63,166 bases of DNA from Thermoproteota archaeon (GTDB lineage: Archaea; Thermoproteota; Thermoprotei_A; Sulfolobales; Ignisphaeraceae), in NCBI GenBank assembly GCA_013154235.1, contig JAADCV010000100.1, forward strand, positions 1-63,166, in the 5' to 3' direction. Positions 51,894 to 61,761 of the stretch are shown here, in pieces. The position numbers and the translations under genes are program-made. How positions within the stretch are numbered: position 1 is the first letter of the stretch; each line of letters begins with the position of its first letter. The notes below the pieces were generated by a model. It did not search any database. It saw nothing but the letters and a program-made list of their open reading frames with translations, and had not been told where the DNA came from.

Positions 51894-51895
51894 TG

Positions 51896-52408
51896 CTAAG
51901 CCTTAACTACCTCACGTATCACTATCCTAGTCTTTATGGGGAGCTTCGACGCAGCTCTTCTCAGAGCTTCCTTAGCGTGGTCAGCAAATCTGCTAAAGGT
52001 CCTAACCTCTATTATCTCAGTGCCGAGATCGACCCTTGCAGCAGTACCTACCGGTTTCCCAAATGCTAGCCTCATGCCTTCCTGAAGCCTATCAGCTCCA
52101 GCGAATGCCATCATCTTGTGCTCTCTCAGCACGTGGTGCGGGTACGTCCTTATTATTAACATGTAGTTCTCGTCCCCTATGTTCGTGCTTAGGTACTTAT
52201 GTGCCATTACTCTAGCCGCTTCAAGCGCGTTATGCCTTATAACTCCTTTCTCAAGAGAGACAAGCACTCCGACGATCTCTGGCTGTATATGTGGGTTACC
52301 CATTACGAACTTCGCTATCTTAGGCGGCGGGACTCCATGTATGTACTCCTTCCTAGTGTATGGAGGCCTATCCTGGTGAGTATAGCATCTAGCTGGCTTC
52401 ATGGGCAC
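51896..52408 (-). CDS. rpl10e: 50S ribosomal protein uL16 (L10e)
   Basis: [31 protein letters not shown].. is the canonical L10e N-terminus. Confidence 0.92.
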   Translation of the reverse strand: MPMKPARCYTHQDRPPYTRKEYIHGVPPPKIAKFVMGNPHIQPEIVGVLVSLEKGVIRHNALEAARVMAHKYLSTNIGDENYMLIIRTYPHHVLREHKMMAFAGADRLQEGMRLAFGKPVGTAARVDLGTEIIEVRTFSRFADHAKEALRRAASKLPIKTRIVIREVVKA

Positions 52409-52445
52409 GCCTTGCTCACCCGCTGCGAGGTTGCTGTGCTGAGGT

Positions 52446-53204
52446 CTATAAGCGATTCACATCCTTATCCTTAAGGCACTGCTCTACTATTCTTCCAACT
52501 CTTCTAAGCATCATAGTTACGTAGCCTAGCTCTGCCCTAGTGAGCTTAGATATGCGAAGCATCCTCTTCATAGTCATCGACATGACCTTCTTCTGTCTAT
52601 CGTCGCTAGCGACGAGCTTCGCGAGAAGCTCTATGTATTTATCAGCGATTCTTATCGACTCCTCCGTAGCTATATCGAGGAGGTCTAAGCTAGATCTAGC
52701 TGAAAGCTCTCTGAACATCTCGTACAGGAATATCGCTACAGCATGGCTAAGATTAAGCGTTGGGTACTCCGGGTTTGCAGGTATGTGCGCCAACACGTGG
52801 CATCTAGCTATCTCCTCTCTAGTTAACCCAACGCTTTCACGACCGAACACTAGCGCAACGCTACTATACCTCCTAGCTATAGATGCTGCCTCCCTAACGT
52901 CTAGAGCCTTCCTCAGCACATCCCCTTCCTTACCCACGTGAGCTGAAGTACATACAGATAGAGCGACTCCACTAAGCGCTTCATCAAGAGTGCTAACAAC
53001 TACCACCCTACCGCTATCAAGGTAGTCGCTTCCGTGCGCTGCGAACCTCCTAACCTCCTCGCTGAACGGATCTATGCGGGGAGACACGAGGTAGAGCTCA
53101 TCAACACAGAAGTTCTTGCACAACCTCACTATGAACCCTAGATTCGCTTCACCCTCAGTACCAACAAGTACAACTCTCACCTTAGTTCTATCCACGGTTC
53201 GCAC
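52446..53204 (-). CDS. SpoU/TrmH-family RNA 2'-O-methyltransferase (TrmJ-like)
   Basis: [24 protein letters not shown].., ..[12 protein letters not shown].., ..IP.....[10 protein letters not shown]. An alternative GTG start at 53180 would give a GTGA start/stop overlap with the upstream gene. Confidence 0.8.
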   Translation of the reverse strand: MRTVDRTKVRVVLVGTEGEANLGFIVRLCKNFCVDELYLVSPRIDPFSEEVRRFAAHGSDYLDSGRVVVVSTLDEALSGVALSVCTSAHVGKEGDVLRKALDVREAASIARRYSSVALVFGRESVGLTREEIARCHVLAHIPANPEYPTLNLSHAVAIFLYEMFRELSARSSLDLLDIATEESIRIADKYIELLAKLVASDDRQKKVMSMTMKRMLRISKLTRAELGYVTMMLRRVGRIVEQCLKDKDVNRL

Positions 53205-53794
53205 CCCCTACCCACTAAACACCCTAACCTCTCAAAGAAGAAGCTCCTTTCCCAAGACAGAACAACCTCCCGGCATGATTTAGCAAGCAAGTTCACTAAC
53301 ACCTCATACCTCTGAAGCGATGATACTATCATCAGAACCGTGCACTCCCTCTTGCAAGACCTAAGCATATTCTTGAGGAACCTAAGAGGGATCTCAATAC
53401 CTTTTGCGCCCCCGGAATCCCATACGAATCCCTCATCACCTTCTATAGGTAGGTACGGAGGGTTGGAAACCGCGACATCGATTGCTCTCGACCTAAGGCA
53501 CTCACCGGAGTCGCACTGAACCACATCCACTAACGCATCAACTCCACACATTCTCGAAGTTTCAGCGCAGCACTGCGCAGCACAAGGAGATACATCTATG
53601 CATACGGAGATAAATCCGCGTTTCGCGAGCAACGCGCAGAGGATTCCGGATCCGCAGCCAATATCCGCTGCTGTAGCTAAGCTGCCACCGCGAGCAAATT
53701 CAGATATCTTCTCTAAAGCTAGAAAGCTATCATCGCTAGGATCATACACAGATCTAGTCAAAGCTATTCTTAGAGCTCCTAGATCCTTCAGCAC
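53177..53794 (-). CDS. HemK/PrmC-like SAM-dependent methyltransferase (NPPY motif)
   Basis: VYDPSDDSF, DIGCGSGIL, VSNPPYLP. GTG 53794 chosen because it removes an 85-nt overlap with ksgA. Confidence 0.75.
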   Translation of the reverse strand: MLKDLGALRIALTRSVYDPSDDSFLALEKISEFARGGSLATAADIGCGSGILCALLAKRGFISVCIDVSPCAAQCCAETSRMCGVDALVDVVQCDSGECLRSRAIDVAVSNPPYLPIEGDEGFVWDSGGAKGIEIPLRFLKNMLRSCKRECTVLMIVSSLQRYEVLVNLLAKSCREVVLSWERSFFFERLGCLVGRGCEPWIELR

Positions 53795-54609
53795 TCTCCG
53801 TTCTCTGCACAGATACGAGCTATCTCTAGGAACAGCAAGGGGTCTAGATCCCGAACCCTTAGACTCCTCCACCTCTCTTCACCAGATAGGATTCGGTAAG
53901 TGCTTGGGAAGCAGTTCCTAAGCGCTTTAGAAGCAAGCTTATTCCTATAGCTAAATAGGCACCTAGTAACCTTCTCTACGCATGCAGCATGCTCGTCGAA
54001 GTCCCTAATCCTCTCTAGTACGAGGGTAGCTGAAGATACCTCGGGCCTGGGAACGAAGTACTTCGGAGGAATGTAAAGCTCTATTCTAGCACGAAACAAT
54101 AGCTGCATTATGACACTGAGCCTACCAAAGCTATCCGTACCAGGCCTAGCAACCACCCTCTCCGCAACCTCACGCTGGAGAGTAACTACAGCAGCCTTAG
54201 CACCGCTACGCGCTATTGATAGAAGTAGCTCGCTAGATATGTGATAAGGTAGGTTGCCAACCACAACCTCTGCACGACTAGTCCTAATAGCGTCTCTAGC
54301 ATCAGATATTACTGGATTGAATAGCGGAAACTCGCGCGATACCATCTTCAGCAAGGGCACAAACCTATTATCGATCTCTATACCAACGACATCTAGACCC
54401 TCTCTAAGTAGGAAGACAGTTAGCGTTGCTGGTCCACACCCTATCTCGTAAACCCTTCGCGAGATAGGCTCTGCAACACGCTTAGCTAATCGAGCGATGC
54501 TTTGCAGTACCCGACGGTTTACGAGAAACACTTGGCTAAGCTTCTTCCTAGGCCTAATACCGTACAGCTTCAGTAGCCTGAGAAGATCTTTGACGTCCAT
54601 CTTTACCAA
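53788..54609 (-). CDS. rsmA: 16S rRNA (adenine-N6,N6)-dimethyltransferase KsgA/Dim1
   Basis: KKLSQVFLV....L..I, EIGCGPATLT, GNLPYHISS. Confidence 0.9.
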   Translation of the reverse strand: MVKMDVKDLLRLLKLYGIRPRKKLSQVFLVNRRVLQSIARLAKRVAEPISRRVYEIGCGPATLTVFLLREGLDVVGIEIDNRFVPLLKMVSREFPLFNPVISDARDAIRTSRAEVVVGNLPYHISSELLLSIARSGAKAAVVTLQREVAERVVARPGTDSFGRLSVIMQLLFRARIELYIPPKYFVPRPEVSSATLVLERIRDFDEHAACVEKVTRCLFSYRNKLASKALRNCFPSTYRILSGEERWRSLRVRDLDPLLFLEIARICAENGEC

Positions 54610-55265
54610 GGGTCTCTGTAACCGACTCTCTCGTAGAGAAACCTTAGATAGTTTAGAAATCTGTGATCAGGGTTTCTGGGGTAGGGCTCCACAAAGAGGT
54701 AATACCTTTCACCTCCTTGCAACTCCTTTATTATTCTATCAACAATGAGCTTCGCCGGATCGTTTATTCGGACCCTCTTCTGTATATCCTCGAAGGACTC
54801 GAACGGCTTTTTCTTTCGCTCAGCTAGGATCTGCATAAGGGTCTTCTTGCCAACTCCCGGGAGCAGCTCTAGACTATGCAGTCTGATGTTGATCGGCTCC
54901 GCAACATTAAAGAACTCCACAAAGACCCGCTCCTTCTCAACGACTATCTTGCGCACTATGCTAGGTAGGTTCTCCCTAGCCACTGTTGTTAGGTCAGCGT
55001 AGGTAATCCTATCGCTAACCCTATGACCCGGGGCATTAGGTGTTGTTGCTATAGGGACCCGCTCCCCTATAGTGGGGACAATGTTTGGGAGAGGCTCTAT
55101 CTCTACGAGCGTAAGCCATTTAGAGCCTATAGCCTGCGCTACGGGCATTCTTCGGTGCTGCGGATGCCTATCTATAGGGTTGCCGTAAGGCATGTAGTCT
55201 AGCACATATGCAAACTCATCGCGGACAAACGGCCCTCTTCTACCCCTTGGACCACCCCGCTTCAA
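54603..55265 (-). CDS. DUF655 RNA-binding protein (OB plus helix-hairpin-helix)
   Basis: DEFAYVLDYMPYGNP.., ..RLHSLELLPGVGKKTLMQILAERKKKPFESFEDI. Conserved position between rpoF and ksgA. Confidence 0.8.
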   Translation of the reverse strand: MKRGGPRGRRGPFVRDEFAYVLDYMPYGNPIDRHPQHRRMPVAQAIGSKWLTLVEIEPLPNIVPTIGERVPIATTPNAPGHRVSDRITYADLTTVARENLPSIVRKIVVEKERVFVEFFNVAEPINIRLHSLELLPGVGKKTLMQILAERKKKPFESFEDIQKRVRINDPAKLIVDRIIKELQGGERYYLFVEPYPRNPDHRFLNYLRFLYERVGYRDPW

Positions 55266-55337
55266 TACACATCACTCTGCGGAGCTCTAGAAGGAAGTTC
55301 GTAGGTATCCTATTTAGTGTGTTGCGCTAGGAATCCA

Positions 55338-55694
55338 CTACTCCAAAGTGCAGTACTCCTTAAGCATCTCTATAACTTTCGTCAAAACCTCCTCCTCAGG
55401 GACACTAGCCTCGAATTGTAGAAGCGTCCTGAGCTCATCAACAACTGTCGGAACGATATTTATTATCATGGCCGCGGTAACCTCCTTGAACCCTATATCC
55501 TTTGTGAGCTTCTCAAAGAGCTCCCCAACTCTATCGGGGTCGCATTTCGTGAACGCAGATGCATAATCGTACATAGACTCAACTATCTGCTCTACGCTAA
55601 GCCCGCTCCTCTTTAGAAGTTCTATGTATTCCTCTAAGTACTTCTTAGCGAGCGGAATAGGTATGTCCCTAAACGAGATAGTCTCGTAGCTCAA
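55338..55694 (-). CDS. rpoF: DNA-directed RNA polymerase subunit Rpo4 (F)
   Basis: 118-aa helical protein in the conserved eL21-Rpo4-DUF655-KsgA order. Confidence 0.7.
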   Translation of the reverse strand: MSYETISFRDIPIPLAKKYLEEYIELLKRSGLSVEQIVESMYDYASAFTKCDPDRVGELFEKLTKDIGFKEVTAAMIINIVPTVVDELRTLLQFEASVPEEEVLTKVIEMLKEYCTLE

Positions 55695-55704
55695 AACGAG
55701 CCCC

Positions 55705-56112
55705 CTAGGCCTTAGCTATCTTAGCGAGAGCCTCCCTAGCAAGCTTCTTCTGCTTATTCTTCTCCTCCATCACCTTTCTAAGGACATTCACAACCTCCTT
55801 AACACGCTCCTCTACAGAGAATGCAGGCCTCATATGCTCGGGAAGAAGGAATAGCGTCTTAGTCTTAGACCCTACTTTTAGCTGAACTATGTAAGCCCTG
55901 CCTCGCCTACCAACAACGGTCCCTACTTTCCCATAGTATCTGCGGTGAGGTAGAGCCTTATGGATAGCTGGATCCGCAATTATGTACACCTTGTCGCCCG
56001 GATGATAATCTATTAGGATCCTGCTGAGCGGAGGTACAGCTCCCTTCTCCCTAACTCTCTTCCTAAATAGCTTCCTTGTTCTGTGCCTAAGTCCTTGAGG
56101 TGCCTTCACCAT
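55705..56112 (-). CDS. rpl21e: 50S ribosomal protein eL21 with Lys-rich C-terminal extension
   Basis: MVKAPQGLRHRTRKLFRK....GA.P.SR.L..Y..GDKV.I..DP..HK..PHRRYYGKVG. Confidence 0.88.
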   Translation of the reverse strand: MVKAPQGLRHRTRKLFRKRVREKGAVPPLSRILIDYHPGDKVYIIADPAIHKALPHRRYYGKVGTVVGRRGRAYIVQLKVGSKTKTLFLLPEHMRPAFSVEERVKEVVNVLRKVMEEKNKQKKLAREALAKIAKA

Positions 56113-56156
56113 TTTCTAGCACCCGTTGCCGTTGAGCTACTCGCTAGAACCGATTC

Positions 56157-57446
56157 TTAAATCTGCTTCTGGACGTATACAACGTCTAGCTCGAGACACA
56201 CCGCCTTAGTATTTAGAACCTCGCTGAAGCTAGGAGTTGTCCTACCATCGTCACCGGAGATGAGCTCCTTTATGTATAGCCCTCCCTCAGCCTTTATCAG
56301 CGCCTCAAAGAGATTGCTATCCAACCTCATAGCTCTAACAGATATCACTTTCCTCCTTCTTAGAGCCTCTCTCTTCCTACGGAGAACTCTCTTAGGTGTC
56401 CACTGCTCAACAACTCTCCCCCGGAAGAAGCTCTCTAGCATAGATAGATCCTCTTCACTAACGCTTCTCTCTGTAAGGACGAGCGCTCGATATATCTTAT
56501 AGCCCCTACTACCCTTGACGTTCGCCACGACCTCTCGTCTAACGCTCATCTCGAGCTCGAAGCCTAGCCAGGGGCTGAAGCTGTTTATCTTTTCCTCTAC
56601 GATCCTCAGGTCAACGCTATGATCCAGCGCTCTGTGGATCTCTAGAACAAACGGTCTGCCGCTGCCAAGCATCCTAACATCGACATCCTCTCTGCCACCA
56701 CCGTGAAACACAGCTTTATCGCCTCTCGCTACCTCTGCTGCTGCTTGAAGAGCATCCTCTATAGCGAGAGGATATCTTCGCGATCCATCTTTTTCGATCC
56801 ACGGTACCTGAGATATTCTTCTACCAAGTTTCCAGTACGTTCCTAGAATGAGTAGGGAGGGCACCTCTACACGAACGCTCATAGTGTTCATGTCTAGGAT
56901 TATTGTTACGCAGGGGTTCTCAAAGTCTGGTTTAAAGCCATACCTATCACGCACAGCCTTACCTATAACTCTCTTTAGCTCGCTTCTCACGCTCTCCCAC
57001 GTTGTTAATCCAGTAGCTCTAGCAACCTCCTTCTCCTTCTCAACGATATCAGATGGTGGAACAACTCCAACAAGAAACCTATCTACACCTAGCTCGCACA
57101 GCTTCTCCTTAACTGCCTCCACGCCCCATTCTATCAAGTGCTCCAACCTGTTTCCGCATATGTAGCAATTCCCCGCGCCCGCCTCCGCAGAGATCCCTAG
57201 AGTCTCGAGAACCCTCCTAACCTCATCGCAACTCTTAGCCACGTCCTTTACATCATCAACGCTTACAGTACCGGCGGACAAAGCTTGATGAATCTCCATA
57301 GCTAGGCACGTCTTTATCGCTCTGCCGCGCTCTGCGTTATCAAATCCCTTGCCTAGCTGTGCAAACAGTCTCCCTAAGCATCTATCGCATAGAGGGTAGC
57401 GCCTAAGCACCTCCAGAGCCTTGCCAAGTACCCAGCAGAGCTCCAT
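56157..57446 (-). CDS. pus10: tRNA pseudouridine synthase Pus10
   Basis: N-terminal Zn module (CDRCLGRLF..CYICGN), THUMP-like middle, C-terminal synthase core (..GGREDVDVRMLG.GRPFVLE..). Confidence 0.85.
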   Translation of the reverse strand: MELCWVLGKALEVLRRYPLCDRCLGRLFAQLGKGFDNAERGRAIKTCLAMEIHQALSAGTVSVDDVKDVAKSCDEVRRVLETLGISAEAGAGNCYICGNRLEHLIEWGVEAVKEKLCELGVDRFLVGVVPPSDIVEKEKEVARATGLTTWESVRSELKRVIGKAVRDRYGFKPDFENPCVTIILDMNTMSVRVEVPSLLILGTYWKLGRRISQVPWIEKDGSRRYPLAIEDALQAAAEVARGDKAVFHGGGREDVDVRMLGSGRPFVLEIHRALDHSVDLRIVEEKINSFSPWLGFELEMSVRREVVANVKGSRGYKIYRALVLTERSVSEEDLSMLESFFRGRVVEQWTPKRVLRRKREALRRRKVISVRAMRLDSNLFEALIKAEGGLYIKELISGDDGRTTPSFSEVLNTKAVCLELDVVYVQKQI

Positions 57447-57453
57447 GGATTCC

Positions 57454-58806
57454 CTAGCCCTCTGTGTCTAGCTTTGACAAGTCTATTCCTAGCCTCCTTA
57501 GGAATCCGCGACGCTTGATATTCTTTATCATATGCCTAACCATATCGTAGTACTTCAGAAGCTCCTTAACGTCTTCAGGGCTCGTTCCTGAACCTCTAGC
57601 TATCCGGATAACTCTACGCCTATCAATTATGCTTGGATTCCTAAGCTCCTCGTAAGACATCGAATCCAGTATCGCTAGCCACTTACGCATCTTCTCCTCG
57701 CTAAGCTTCACCTGACTCTCATCTATCGGAAGAAGCGAGAATCCCGGTATTAGTTGCAGAAGCTTTGATAGGGGGCCTAGCTTACGCATAGACTTTAGCT
57801 GCACGTATAGGTCAGCTAGCGTTATCTTACCGGATGCTATGGCTCTACGGAACCTCTTCTCTAGCTCTTCGCGATGCTCAAGCTCCTTGAGCCTCTCTAT
57901 TAGCGCAGGCAGATCGCCAAAGCCTAGGAGCCTTCCTACGAATCTCCTAGGCTCGAATACCTCTATCTCCGGTATTTTCTCTCCAACACCAATGAACTTT
58001 ATCTGCGCACCCGTAGCTGCAACCGCTGATAGCGCCCCACCACCCTTTGCCGTTCCGTCAAGCTTCGTTATAGCTATTGATCCTATTGGCGTGAACTCAT
58101 GGAACCTCTTCGCTAGATCAAAAGCTTTTTGACCCATCGAAGCGTCTATTATCATCATTATCTCGTCGGGCTTTACGGCATCGGCTATAGCCTTCATCTC
58201 CTCTAAGAGCGCTTGTTCAGACCCATACCCATGCCTTCCCGCAGTATCAACTATGATTATGTCGCTACCCCTCGATATACACCAGTCGATGCACCTCCTA
58301 GCTATGTCTACAGGATCCTTAGACTTTGGATCTCCGCACATGGGAACATCTATCTGCTTAGCTAGCTGCGCAAGTTGATCGTAGGCTGCGGGCCGGTAAG
58401 TATCGGTGCATATTAGACATGGTCTGTACTTGTACCTCTTGTAGAAGTAAGCTATCTTCGCAGCTGTAGTTGTTTTGCCAGAACCCTGAACCCCCACAAG
58501 CATTATCACGTAGGGCGTCTTGCTAGGGAAGACCTGCGGCTTTCTATCACCACCAAAAAGCTGTGAGAGCTCATCGTAAACTATCTTCACGAACCACTCG
58601 CGCTTAGATACGTAGGCTGGCGGCCTCTCCTTAAGGGCTCGCTCACGAATCCTCTTGCTGAGCTCTAGAACAAGCTTCACGTTTACATCGGCGCGCAGCA
58701 GCGACTTTTGAAGCTCTTTAACGAAGTTCTCTACCGCTACCTCGTAAGGCTGCTTACCTTTGATGAACTCTGCGAGCGCCTTTCTAACACTATCCAAAAA
58801 CTTCAT
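57454..58806 (-). CDS. srp54: Signal recognition particle protein SRP54
   Basis: GVQGSGKTTTAAK, DTAGR, TKLDG G-domain motifs plus Met-rich M domain. Confidence 0.92.
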   Translation of the reverse strand: MKFLDSVRKALAEFIKGKQPYEVAVENFVKELQKSLLRADVNVKLVLELSKRIRERALKERPPAYVSKREWFVKIVYDELSQLFGGDRKPQVFPSKTPYVIMLVGVQGSGKTTTAAKIAYFYKRYKYRPCLICTDTYRPAAYDQLAQLAKQIDVPMCGDPKSKDPVDIARRCIDWCISRGSDIIIVDTAGRHGYGSEQALLEEMKAIADAVKPDEIMMIIDASMGQKAFDLAKRFHEFTPIGSIAITKLDGTAKGGGALSAVAATGAQIKFIGVGEKIPEIEVFEPRRFVGRLLGFGDLPALIERLKELEHREELEKRFRRAIASGKITLADLYVQLKSMRKLGPLSKLLQLIPGFSLLPIDESQVKLSEEKMRKWLAILDSMSYEELRNPSIIDRRRVIRIARGSGTSPEDVKELLKYYDMVRHMIKNIKRRGFLRRLGIDLSKLDTEG

Positions 58807-58832
58807 GGTTTTAATCTCGCCCAGCGCATACT

Positions 58833-59231
58833 TTACTCGCGAACCCTAACTATCAGCTTTCTCCCCATAACAACCCAGTACTCTACCTCCTTACCTGGCG
58901 CTAGCTTGTCAGCGATAGCTGGATCGCTAGGCTTCTCTACTTCGAAAGTCTCGTAGGTTTCTAGATCCATTATCTGCACTAGGTTATCGTACATAGCTGT
59001 CACTTGCCCAACCTTCTTCTCTATTATCGGAACCTCTACCCGCTGGTCGACAGGCCCAACGAGAGTCTTTCTGGATCCGCTGAACATCCCTATAGCCACT
59101 AGATGAACCTTAGCACTACCGTGCTTACCGGTCTTAGCCTTAGAGATCTCCACTACTCTACAAGGCTCTCCATCTATAACTACGTAGCTACCCTCCTTCA
59201 GCTCACCCAGCTCCGCGTAGGTTATACTCAT
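58833..59231 (-). CDS. eif5a: Translation initiation factor 5A (aIF5A)
   Basis: Hypusination loop [14 protein letters not shown]; 132 aa. Confidence 0.92.
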   Translation of the reverse strand: MSITYAELGELKEGSYVVIDGEPCRVVEISKAKTGKHGSAKVHLVAIGMFSGSRKTLVGPVDQRVEVPIIEKKVGQVTAMYDNLVQIMDLETYETFEVEKPSDPAIADKLAPGKEVEYWVVMGRKLIVRVRE

Positions 59232-59297
59232 ACAAATCCACCCTCAAAGCAATGGTTTACAACGAGATAAAAGAGTTGTTGGAGCTCGACAACTACG

Positions 59298-59681
59298 GTG
59301 GCAGCTGTGGTAAGCATAGACTCTATAGAGGCTAGAGCTAGGGAGATGCTCCGCTCTAAAGAGCTCGATAAGATGGAGGTATACTACCTAGTAGAGACGC
59401 TATTCACCGAGTTGGGAGAGGCCATAGGATCCAAGCAAAGCAAGGAGGCTGCAAAGAGGGGAGCGTGGAACGTAGAACTCTTAGACGATGCCGTTGACTC
59501 CATAGTGGATGCGCTAGGAGGCAGCTACGCAGTTCTAGATCTATGGGAATCTGCTTGGGAGCTAAGGGTAGGTAATGGAGATGCTGCTGCAACTCTCGAG
59601 AAGCTCATAAATGTTATAGATCTAGTAAGACGCAAGAGAATAGGAAAGGGAGCCAGGCCAAGGAACTCGAGAAGACGCTAA
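59298..59681 (+). CDS. Hypothetical protein, 127 aa, basic C-terminus
   Basis: GTG ORF; no recognised motif. Confidence 0.45.
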   Translation: MAAVVSIDSIEARAREMLRSKELDKMEVYYLVETLFTELGEAIGSKQSKEAAKRGAWNVELLDDAVDSIVDALGGSYAVLDLWESAWELRVGNGDAAATLEKLINVIDLVRRKRIGKGARPRNSRRR

Positions 59682-59890
59682 ACGAGTCTCCTTCTTCTCC
59701 TTCTCACAATCTCTATAACGTTCTTCAAGCCCTTCCTGCTAGCTGCTGAGACTCGAAACTCTACTATCCTCCCGTTAGAGTCTAGTCCAACCTCAATGTC
59801 ATCCGATATGGGTACGTAGGTCTGCGGAGCCTCAAAACCAACCTTTATTATCAGTGTATCGATGTCAGGGCGATAGTCTATCGATGACAT
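59678..59890 (-). CDS. DUF2283-like small protein
   Basis: IDYRPDIDTLIIKVG.......D.IEVGLDSNGRIVEFRV. Confidence 0.55.
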   Translation of the reverse strand: MSSIDYRPDIDTLIIKVGFEAPQTYVPISDDIEVGLDSNGRIVEFRVSAASRKGLKNVIEIVRRRRRRLV

Positions 59891-59967
59891 GCTGATCCCA
59901 CTTGCTCTAGCTCTTTCAAGAGCAATACCTTATAAGTAGGGTGGTTCCTATACCCCTTGTGGGAATC

Positions 59968-60300
59968 ATGCGGTTCTGCCCTAAGTGCGGATCAATAATG
60001 GTTGTGGATAGAAGCAAAGGCGTACTGAGATGCCCTAGGTGCGGCTACACTATGGATAGCAAGGGTGGGCTGGTGCTGTCAAAGTCTATAACCCACAGCG
60101 TTAAGGAGAAGACCGTTGTAGTGGATGCATCAACTGCGAGCGTGCCTCCGGGAGCCGTGCTGCTGAAGGGGGAGGTGCGCTGCCCTAAGTGTGGTCACGA
60201 TGAGGTGTATGCGTGGCAGATGCAGACCAGGGCTGCCGACGAGCCTCCGACAACGTTCTACAAGTGTGCCAAGTGCGGTCATACGTGGAGGGAGTACTGA
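59968..60300 (+). CDS. tfs: Transcription elongation/cleavage factor TFS
   Basis: MRFCPKCGSIM....LRCPRCG N-ribbon. C-ribbon CPKCGHDEVYAWQMQTRAADEPPTTFYKCAKCGHTW with intact acidic DE tip. Confidence 0.9.
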   Translation: MRFCPKCGSIMVVDRSKGVLRCPRCGYTMDSKGGLVLSKSITHSVKEKTVVVDASTASVPPGAVLLKGEVRCPKCGHDEVYAWQMQTRAADEPPTTFYKCAKCGHTWREY

Positions 60301-60331
60301 AGTAGAAGAGTTGAAAAATGTTTTGGTTCCT

Positions 60332-61099
60332 TCAGCCTTTGAGATCGCGTATTATGACTTCTGCAACCCTTTTGCCCGATAGCAGCATACCGCTGAATAT
60401 GGGTCCCATCCTGGGCAATCCGTGTAGCTCAGCTACAGCCATCCCCGTAGCGTAGAGCCCTGGAACCACCTTCCCTGTATACTTAACCACGAGCTCCTCT
60501 CCACGAGCAGCGTCCATCGGTCCCGCTCCGCGCGGGTTCACTCCGAGTTCGGGAACCTTCTTACTAACTATCCTTATGATTGATGCGTCGTGCCCCGTCG
60601 CGTCCACTACAGCTCTAGTCATTATGCTCAGCGGATCTACGTGAAGCCCAGATATGTGTATCGCTGACCACTGAACAACTATTCCAGCTATCCGCAGAGG
60701 ATTTGTTCTGACTACGACGTCCTCTACGGAGGCGCCGAGCAGAATCTTCGCTCCGCTAGATATCGCCCCTGACGCGAGCTTCGCTATAAGCTCCGATGCA
60801 TCAGTAACTAGCAGCCCGTTGCGCTCGCTGTACCTAACACCAAAGTCGTCCAGAATGCTCTTAGCTTCCTTGAGCGACACAACCTTGTGGAACAGCATTC
60901 CTCCTCCTCCTATCCCTCCACCGAAGCTAAGCTTACGCTCCACGATGAGCACCTTGAGCCCAGCTTCCGCTAGATACTTAGCTGCAGTCATTCCGGAAGG
61001 ACCGGCTCCAACTATCGCAACGTCTACGCTGCTCAGCTCCGAGAGCTCTTTCGATGCCTCCTCAATAATGGTTCTCGTTATCAGCGCATCGAGCTCCAT
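60332..61099 (-). CDS. thi4: Thiazole synthase Thi4 family protein
   Basis: VDVAIVGAGPSGMTAAKYLAEAGLKVLIVERKLSFGGG..; 255 aa. Confidence 0.88.
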   Translation of the reverse strand: MELDALITRTIIEEASKELSELSSVDVAIVGAGPSGMTAAKYLAEAGLKVLIVERKLSFGGGIGGGGMLFHKVVSLKEAKSILDDFGVRYSERNGLLVTDASELIAKLASGAISSGAKILLGASVEDVVVRTNPLRIAGIVVQWSAIHISGLHVDPLSIMTRAVVDATGHDASIIRIVSKKVPELGVNPRGAGPMDAARGEELVVKYTGKVVPGLYATGMAVAELHGLPRMGPIFSGMLLSGKRVAEVIIRDLKG

Positions 61100-61117
61100 T
61101 GCAGATCGCCGAGCTAC

Positions 61118-61723
61118 CTATCTATGCGAGGGCTTAAGTTTAGCGGGTTGAAACAGGAGTAGCGACCTCTCGTCTCTAATAAGCCTACCTATGTCGAAAA
61201 CGTTGAGTATCGCAACATCGAGGAGCCTACCCATGTTCTTAGCGCGCTCAACACCATCCCTATCCAGCACCGCAACTCCAACACCGATGACAGAACCATC
61301 GCGTCCGTCAACAACCGCTACATAGCTACCTACCCGTACGGGCTCGCGGATACGCAGAACCGATGCAACAAGAACATCGTTTCCATAGAGAAACGCCTTA
61401 ACTCCCTGCTCTCCGATCTCCACAGCACACTTGTATTCGTACCCAATTCTCTTCAGCTCGTCGAATAGCCATGGACTAGGAACGAACCCTCCCCTAGATA
61501 GCCAGCCAGCAATTACTCCGCTAGCCACAGCTTTTGCAAGGATTGCCAGAGGGGCTCTCTTTGCGAGGCTCTTCTTCACGAGCATCACTGCCGTGCCTTT
61601 TGAGTACCTCAGGACCTCGTATCTCGTCAGCAGCTCGTGAAAAGCCTCATCGCCGTAGCACCTAGACACAAAGCTGCGAAGCGCTCTGAGCTCAGTTGGC
61701 CTAGCTTTGCTCAGCACGTGCAT
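61118..61723 (-). CDS. Nip7-like pre-rRNA processing protein with C-terminal PUA domain (UPF0113)
   Basis: ..GVKAFLYGNDVL..SV........G..V.V........IGVG PUA-like C-terminal half; N-terminal RPTELRALRSFV resembles Nip7. Confidence 0.65.
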   Translation of the reverse strand: MHVLSKARPTELRALRSFVSRCYGDEAFHELLTRYEVLRYSKGTAVMLVKKSLAKRAPLAILAKAVASGVIAGWLSRGGFVPSPWLFDELKRIGYEYKCAVEIGEQGVKAFLYGNDVLVASVLRIREPVRVGSYVAVVDGRDGSVIGVGVAVLDRDGVERAKNMGRLLDVAILNVFDIGRLIRDERSLLLFQPAKLKPSHR

Positions 61724-61761
61724 AATATCATCACTTCTCAGAGCCGGTGGAGGCTCATCAC
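61711..61761 (-). ncRNA. C/D box sRNA candidate 8
   Basis: Minus strand: C GUGAUGA (61761-61755), 13-nt guide, D' CUGA (61741-61738), 3-nt spacer, C' GUGAUGA (61734-61728), 13-nt guide, D CUGA (61714-61711). The 3' half overlaps ATG 61723-61721 of the Nip7-like ORF. Confidence 0.65.

Noticed and set aside
53788-53872. 85-nt overlap between ksgA and the HemK-like methyltransferase as called by the ORF track.
   Set aside because: An in-frame GTG at 53794, 3 nt after the ksgA stop, gives a normal-length N-terminus before the VYDPSDDS motif. The overlap is an artefact of longest-ORF calling.
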